Source of the DNA: Microcystis aeruginosa NIES-843
GTDB taxonomy: Bacteria; Cyanobacteriota; Cyanobacteriia; Cyanobacteriales; Microcystaceae
Direction: 5' to 3'
Length of the DNA: 32,000 bases
Assembly (NCBI RefSeq): GCF_000010625.1
Contig: NC_010296.1
Location: 2,700,001 to 2,732,000, forward strand
In this document: in pieces, positions 27,282-32,000 of the stretch
Layout of the letters: the number at the start of each line of letters is the position of its first letter
How positions within the stretch are numbered: the stretch's first letter is position 1
The notes under the pieces: generated by a model
Told to the model about the DNA's origin: nothing
Database searches by the model: none
The model's input: the letters and a program-made list of their open reading frames with translations, nothing else
Translations under genes and position numbers: made by a program

Positions 27282-28364
27282 TTAATCCACAGTTGTCATT
27301 GAACGATTGCGAAGATAAGCCAAATCTTTTAATAACTGTCCGCTATCACCACCGTTATTAAGATTAATCCCCAAAGCCGCTAAATCCGCATCTACCATTA
27401 ATTTTACCAGTCCCTCGAACGTTACCGACGGCTGCCAACCTAATTTCTCTCTGGCTTTTGTGGAATCTCCTATCAATAAATCCACTTCCGCCGGACGCAA
27501 ATAACGTTCATCAAACTCCACATAATCCTGCCAATTTAAATTAACGTATTGGAAAGAAATATCGAGAAACTCCCGGATAGAATAGGTTTCATTTGTCGCC
27601 ACTACATAATCATCCGGTTCTTGCTGTTGTAACATTAACCACATCGCCCGCACATAATCCTTAGCATAACCCCAATCCCGTTTAGAATCGAGATTTCCTA
27701 AATAAAGTTTTTTCTGTTGTCCGGCAATAATTCGGGCCAAAGCGCGGGTAATTTTGCGCGTGACAAAAGTTTCTCCACGACGGGGGGATTCATGGTTAAA
27801 TAAAATGCCGTTACAGGCAAATAAGTCGTAGGATTCCCGATAGTTGACCGTTTGCCAGTGACCGTAAACTTTCGCACAAGCGTAGGGACTGCGGGGATAA
27901 AATGGCGTGGTTTCTTTTTGGGGAACTTCCATGACTTTCCCGAACATTTCCGAGGAACCTGCTTGATAGAAACGGACTTCGATGCCGGTTCTTTTTTGGT
28001 AATCCCGAATTGCTTCTAGTAATCTTAAGACCCCCACCCCCACAGCATCGACGGTGTATTCTGGGGCATCAAAACTAACTCGCACGTGGGATTGGGCCCC
28101 TAAATTATACACTTCTACTGGTTGCACTTGTTCGAGGATACGCCGCAGGGTCGTGCCGTCGGTGAGGTCGCCATAATGAAGAAATAATTTAGTATCGGGC
28201 TGGTGGGGGTCAGTGTAGATATGATCGATGCGATCGGTGTTAAAGGTGGAGGTACGACGGATGATACCGTGGACTTGATAACCTTTTTCTAATAATAATT
28301 CGCTCAGATAGGAACCATCTTGGCCGGTGATGCCGGTAATTAGGGCGCGTTTAGCTTCAGTCAT
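27282..28364 (-). CDS. gmd: GDP-mannose 4,6-dehydratase
   Basis: [50 protein letters not shown]...[20 protein letters not shown] are canonical Gmd motifs. Confidence 0.95.
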   Translation of the reverse strand: MTEAKRALITGITGQDGSYLSELLLEKGYQVHGIIRRTSTFNTDRIDHIYTDPHQPDTKLFLHYGDLTDGTTLRRILEQVQPVEVYNLGAQSHVRVSFDAPEYTVDAVGVGVLRLLEAIRDYQKRTGIEVRFYQAGSSEMFGKVMEVPQKETTPFYPRSPYACAKVYGHWQTVNYRESYDLFACNGILFNHESPRRGETFVTRKITRALARIIAGQQKKLYLGNLDSKRDWGYAKDYVRAMWLMLQQQEPDDYVVATNETYSIREFLDISFQYVNLNWQDYVEFDERYLRPAEVDLLIGDSTKAREKLGWQPSVTFEGLVKLMVDADLAALGINLNNGGDSGQLLKDLAYLRNRSMTTVD

Positions 28365-28479
28365 CAGTAATTTACCTAATCAGAAAGAATAAAGACTCTG
28401 ACTGCTTATAGCACACTTTAGCCCCTCAGGACAAGTTTGGCTAGGTTGAGAGGGGACAAAAAGATGAATTGATTTTTGA

Positions 28480-28821
28480 TCATGTCCCCAGAGAGCCTAA
28501 ATTGTTCTGAAAATTTTCTCGAAATTTTCTGACTTGAAATTCCTTGACTTTGAGCAGTTGATAATTATCTTTTCCCATGACTAGGGAAAATTTGGCTTCG
28601 GTGTCATCAAGTAAATTTTTGGAGATAGCTTTCCACTGTTCTTGTGTTTGCCAATGGACAACGATAATTAATTTTTCCTCGATGGCGGGATTAATCCAAA
28701 GCTCCTTACCTAAAAAACCAGGTTGTTTTGCTAAAAACTTTGTCCAAATTTCTTGATCTTTTTGGATAAATTTTTCCCTAGCTTCGGGTTTAACTTGAAA
28801 TTCTAACCACTCAATGACCAT
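28480..28821 (-). CDS. Small cyanobacterial protein, ABM/dimeric alpha-beta-barrel-like (resembles the 'TIGR03792 family' as I recall it)
   Basis: This is a 113-aa ORF (MVIEWLEFQVKPEAREKFIQKDQEIWTKFLAKQPGFLGKELW), 12 nt downstream of the ParA-like gene. Confidence 0.6.
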   Translation of the reverse strand: MVIEWLEFQVKPEAREKFIQKDQEIWTKFLAKQPGFLGKELWINPAIEEKLIIVVHWQTQEQWKAISKNLLDDTEAKFSLVMGKDNYQLLKVKEFQVRKFRENFQNNLGSLGT

Positions 28822-28833
28822 AGTAATTATCTC

Positions 28834-29721
28834 CTATTTTTTGGCTTTCATCAAGAATTCTTCTGTGAGTTTCATAAAAGCTTTGGAACCACTAGAAGAG
28901 GGCATAGCTGCCACCACAGGCACGAACATATCAACAGCTTTAGCTACATTAACATCCATAGGAATCGCATTAGCAAAAATTTGATGGGCTTGAAAATCCT
29001 GTTGTACCCGGCGCATGACTTGATTATAGTAGCGACTGAGTAAACCACCACCGGAAAGAATAAAAACTATACCGAGTAAACCGGGGTTAATCGGTTCGGT
29101 TTCTTGATGACTAGCTTTCAGTTTAACTATTCTTCTTTCTAATAGCTGAATGCCGACAATTGATAAAGGTTCGGGACGGGCAGGTAGTAAATAAAAATGA
29201 CTGCTACATAGACCACTACGAGTTAAAAGATTATAGCCCGGAGCGCAATCCATGATAATATAATCGTAACGGTCTTGAATGGGATCAATGATTTTTTGAA
29301 TTAAGATTCTTTCCAGGTTATTCCAAGCATGATCAAAGCCTAAATCTTCCTGTAAAATTGCTTGGTGGTGCAGGGTTTCTGAGACGACATATTCATCATA
29401 AAGTTCGATGTCTCCTGGCAGTAGATCTAAGCCTTGAATTTCACAGACTGAAGGGACAATAATATCATCAATAGTTAATTTATTGTAGGGATTGGGTTTG
29501 ATAATTGCTTCTAATAAATAGCTTAAAGTGCGTTTTTTGCGACGCAGTTGAGCGAATTCGTGGGGAGACATTAAGCTAAGAGTCGCACTGATTTGAGCGT
29601 CTAAATCGAGGACAAGGACTCGTTTTTGCTGAAATTTAGCTAAACAGGTGGCAAGGTTGACGGTAAGGGTAGTTTTTCCTACTCCTCCTTTCATATTAAC
29701 GGTGCTGATGACAGTGGCCAT
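28834..29721 (-). CDS. ParA/MinD-family P-loop ATPase (orphan, no ParB nearby)
   Basis: It has the deviant Walker A with signature lysine (NMKGGVGKTTLTVNLA), VLVLDLDAQ and IIMDCAPG. Confidence 0.85.
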   Translation of the reverse strand: MATVISTVNMKGGVGKTTLTVNLATCLAKFQQKRVLVLDLDAQISATLSLMSPHEFAQLRRKKRTLSYLLEAIIKPNPYNKLTIDDIIVPSVCEIQGLDLLPGDIELYDEYVVSETLHHQAILQEDLGFDHAWNNLERILIQKIIDPIQDRYDYIIMDCAPGYNLLTRSGLCSSHFYLLPARPEPLSIVGIQLLERRIVKLKASHQETEPINPGLLGIVFILSGGGLLSRYYNQVMRRVQQDFQAHQIFANAIPMDVNVAKAVDMFVPVVAAMPSSSGSKAFMKLTEEFLMKAKK

Positions 29722-29736
29722 TAGGGGAATTCCTTT

Positions 29737-30792
29737 CTAGTTAACCGATGGAATATCTCGACGTAAAACTTGCCCGTTGGGAGCCATAATCAAAGGAGGT
29801 AAACTGGTAATATTGATCGCCTCTTGGGTTTTCATGTCGTAGGTGGTGTAAACTGTTTCCTGTTGATTGGGATTAATATCGACAATTGTTAGGGTTTTTC
29901 TGGGCGCTTGTTCACTGTTCAATAACCGTCGCGGTCCACTGCCTAAAGCTCCCGCGTGTAATAATTGTAATTGCCCCCGTTTACCCGGATAGTAAGCGTG
30001 AGCGTGGCCACTAATATAAGTATGCACCTGATGGCCCTCTAAAAACGCTCTTAATTTCTCGGCATCGGCTAAATAATCCCCCGGTCGATTTCTGCCGACG
30101 GCAATACCGTAGAGGGGTAAATGACCGATTACTAGCCGCATTCTAGCATTTTTAGCGTCGCTACTACTCAAGTTTTTTGCTGCCCAATTTAGTTGTTGCC
30201 CAGAGATTAAATGAGTGGAGGCATCCCAAACTAGATAGAATATACCATTTTGAGTGAAAGTATAATAAAAAGGAAAGCCGGTTTTATCGATAAAATTTAA
30301 ACTTGTATCATGTTGGGGGTTTTGCCAATAATCTTGGGCTAATTTTCTCTCTTGAGCATAGACAAATTTTCCTGCCGATAGAGATCCAGAAGCGTCATGA
30401 TTACCGATGGTAAAACCAAAAGGTATTTTAGCAGCTCGCAGGGGCGCGGCGATATGGCGATCAAAGGCTGACCACATGGCGTTAATTGCTGCCTCTGTCA
30501 AGCTGCTTTTTTGTCCTGCCACCATGTCGCCACCACAGAGGACCAGATCGGGTTTATTATTGATAATTAAAGGGATAGCTCGATCGATTTCGGGATCGTA
30601 AGTTGTGGAACCGTATTGACTATTAAGGTCACTAATCACAATTATCTTGACTTTTTTCGCCTTTTGTGCTTGTTTAACAGCCGACTCAGGGGGATTTTTG
30701 GAAGTAACGGGCTGTAAAATTTGATGAGCGCAAGCTACCAAGCTAAAACCGCCTAAACTGCCACTGATCAGCAAAAATTTACGGCGTTGCAT
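29737..30792 (-). CDS. Exported calcineurin-like metallophosphoesterase (Tat signal + lipobox)
   Basis: The N-terminus MQRRKFLLISGSLGGFSLVAC has a twin-arginine RRxFL motif and an L-V-A-C lipobox. Phosphoesterase motifs are VISDLN, GGDMV, GNHD and GHAH. Confidence 0.8.
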   Translation of the reverse strand: MQRRKFLLISGSLGGFSLVACAHQILQPVTSKNPPESAVKQAQKAKKVKIIVISDLNSQYGSTTYDPEIDRAIPLIINNKPDLVLCGGDMVAGQKSSLTEAAINAMWSAFDRHIAAPLRAAKIPFGFTIGNHDASGSLSAGKFVYAQERKLAQDYWQNPQHDTSLNFIDKTGFPFYYTFTQNGIFYLVWDASTHLISGQQLNWAAKNLSSSDAKNARMRLVIGHLPLYGIAVGRNRPGDYLADAEKLRAFLEGHQVHTYISGHAHAYYPGKRGQLQLLHAGALGSGPRRLLNSEQAPRKTLTIVDINPNQQETVYTTYDMKTQEAINITSLPPLIMAPNGQVLRRDIPSVN

Positions 30793-30899
30793 AGGATATC
30801 AATCTCGTCTTTAATTGAGGTCACGTCAGTTATTGTAGCAATTTTTGTCCCCTCGCTCGCTTTTTTGTTGATCATCCCAATTAACTATCAGGAGATAAC

Positions 30900-31370
30900 T
30901 TGACAATTCTCTTAACTTCTTTTGCGCCTTGGTTATGCCATCACCGGAGTAATTCCTCCGATGATTTGTTAGTATCCATTCAAGATAATTATCCAAAAAA
31001 GCTTTTATTTTTGCGTCAACTTCCCGTTAATACCCATCGAGCCAGTGAACGAGTTATCAAAGCTATTCAAGACAAAAAGCCTGATTTCGTTATTTGTTGT
31101 GGCATGGCAGAAAGTCGTTATCGTTTAAGTTTAGAATCTCAGGCTAGGAGTAGCACAAAAAAGTTATTTACACCAATTCCTCTTAAGGATTTTGTCAAAG
31201 AGCTTGCCTATAGCTATATCAGCGATAATGCCGGTCAGTTTGTCTGCGAAGAATTATATTTTCAAGTCTTAAAACATCATCCGAGAGCTTTATTCGTTCA
31301 TGTGCCGCTTTTAACTGACAAAAATTTTGCCATTATTCAAAGAGATTTTCAAAAAATTATCAGTAAGTAG
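30900..31370 (+). CDS. Pyroglutamyl-peptidase (C15)-like protein, short form, TTG start
   Basis: The family order is conserved: ILLTSFAPW...SNSS (compare TGFEPF..NPS), CGMAESRYRLSLESQA (Glu), AGQFVCEELYF (Cys), LFVHVP (His). The start codon is uncertain. The TAG stop overlaps the MITE copy C terminus. Confidence 0.6.
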   Translation: MTILLTSFAPWLCHHRSNSSDDLLVSIQDNYPKKLLFLRQLPVNTHRASERVIKAIQDKKPDFVICCGMAESRYRLSLESQARSSTKKLFTPIPLKDFVKELAYSYISDNAGQFVCEELYFQVLKHHPRALFVHVPLLTDKNFAIIQRDFQKIISK

Positions 31371-31473
31371 GGTTTGCTGAAAAAGTTTTTCCTAGGGGCA
31401 GGGTGTGGGGTGTAGGGTGTAGGGTTTTACCCATTTTCAGGTGGTCAACTACCTAATTTTCAGGGAAAAAGTA
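31370..31473 (-). mobile_element. MITE copy C, truncated (~104 bp), same orientation as copy B
   Basis: GGGTTTGCTGAAAAAG...GGGTGTGGGGTGTAGGGTGTAGGGTTTTACC...CCTAATTTTCAGGGAAAAAGT aligns with the first half of copy B, then similarity is lost. Confidence 0.7.
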
Positions 31474-31512
31474 CCTGATACTAAATCCGTTGAGTATAGG
31501 CTAGTTATGAGA

Positions 31513-31542
31513 AGAGGCACTCATGCAAGAGGCACTCATGCA
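31513..31542. repeat. Perfect tandem duplication of a 15-mer (agaggcactcatgca x2)
   Basis: Read directly from the sequence. Confidence 0.85.
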
Positions 31543-31560
31543 AAGGGGAGAATAAATAAT

Positions 31561-31739
31561 GGGACTTAGACAAAAAACAAATCGAGAAAAGCCTCAACTC
31601 CAATCCCCGCTTGGGATTTACTTCGAGAAGCCCAAAATCGCTGAAACCCAGATATATCAAGGAAAATCATAAATCGAGGTTAACCCTTTGTCCCGTAATG
31701 GTTTGAGCCTTTTTTGCTGACCGAAAACGCCTAAGTCCC
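31561..31739. mobile_element. Candidate 179-bp MITE
   Basis: It has 9-bp terminal inverted repeats, gggacttag (31561-31569) and ctaagtccc (31731-31739). Both ends are flanked by aataat (31555-31560, 31740-31745). It is non-coding. Confidence 0.5.
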
Positions 31740-32000
31740 AATAATCAGTTTTTAATAACCGGATTTATTGTTAGGCAGTGGCTTCGACATCGCACTAACT
31801 GTCACTAGCTAACTTATGATTGATTGTTATCAGCTTTGCAAAACAAGATTTAGGATCAAAAATAACCTAGAAGCACTGTCCCAATAGAAAACCTAAGCCA
31901 CCTAACGGTGAAGTTAGGTGTACTTTCACAACTGATATCTTTAAGAACGCTTTTCTGGGTTCTAATATGGACCTAGGAATCTCTCTCCATTGAAGTGAAT

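Noticed and set aside
28834-29721. ParA-like gene as the carboxysome-positioning McdA, with the downstream gene as McdB
   Set aside because: The downstream 113-aa protein is a compact, folded-looking ABM-like protein. It is not a disordered, charged or Gln-rich McdB-type protein, and no carboxysome genes are nearby.

Overview
This 32-kb window is a mosaic from a HIP1 (GCGATCGC)-containing, AT-rich cyanobacterial genome. The MITE families, the SLH-OprB porin and small cyanobacteria-specific proteins suggest a Microcystis-like chroococcalean, but that is inference. There are four blocks. (i) nt 1-3073 is a GC-rich, HIP1-free gene, truncated at its 5' end by the window edge. It encodes an animal-haem-peroxidase-family protein with a long RTX repeat block and ends at an abrupt compositional break. 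(ii) nt ~3.1-5.7 kb is an IS graveyard: an IS4/IS1634-like transposase split by a nested MITE, plus an ISL3 transposase fragment. (iii) nt 5.8-21.4 kb is a GC-enriched, HIP1-dense organosulfur (alkanesulfonate/dimethylsulfone) scavenging island in two divergent operons. The minus-strand operon carries an LLM monooxygenase, an oversized LysR regulator fused to an SsuA-like binding domain, and ssuD. The plus-strand operon carries sfnG, an SSF symporter, a small membrane protein, an sfnB-like gene, an orphan polytopic membrane protein, ssuE and a ribBA copy. A porin and a second DszC/SfnB-like gene follow, bracketed by inverted copies of a ~200-bp TA-targeting MITE. (iv) nt 22-32 kb is AT-rich backbone: a sucC-like gene, two divergent zinc-ribbon membrane proteins, gmd-fcl, a metallophosphoesterase-ParA-small protein operon and a C15-peptidase-like gene. 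I recognised no rRNA, tRNA or CRISPR array. The best candidate for something new is the sulfur island. It has no ABC importer (a symporter, orphan membrane proteins and a porin sit in its place), a three-module LysR/SsuA-like regulator, its own riboflavin-synthesis gene, and enzymes almost free of Cys and Met. All functional calls rest on motif and family recognition by eye; no searches were run.
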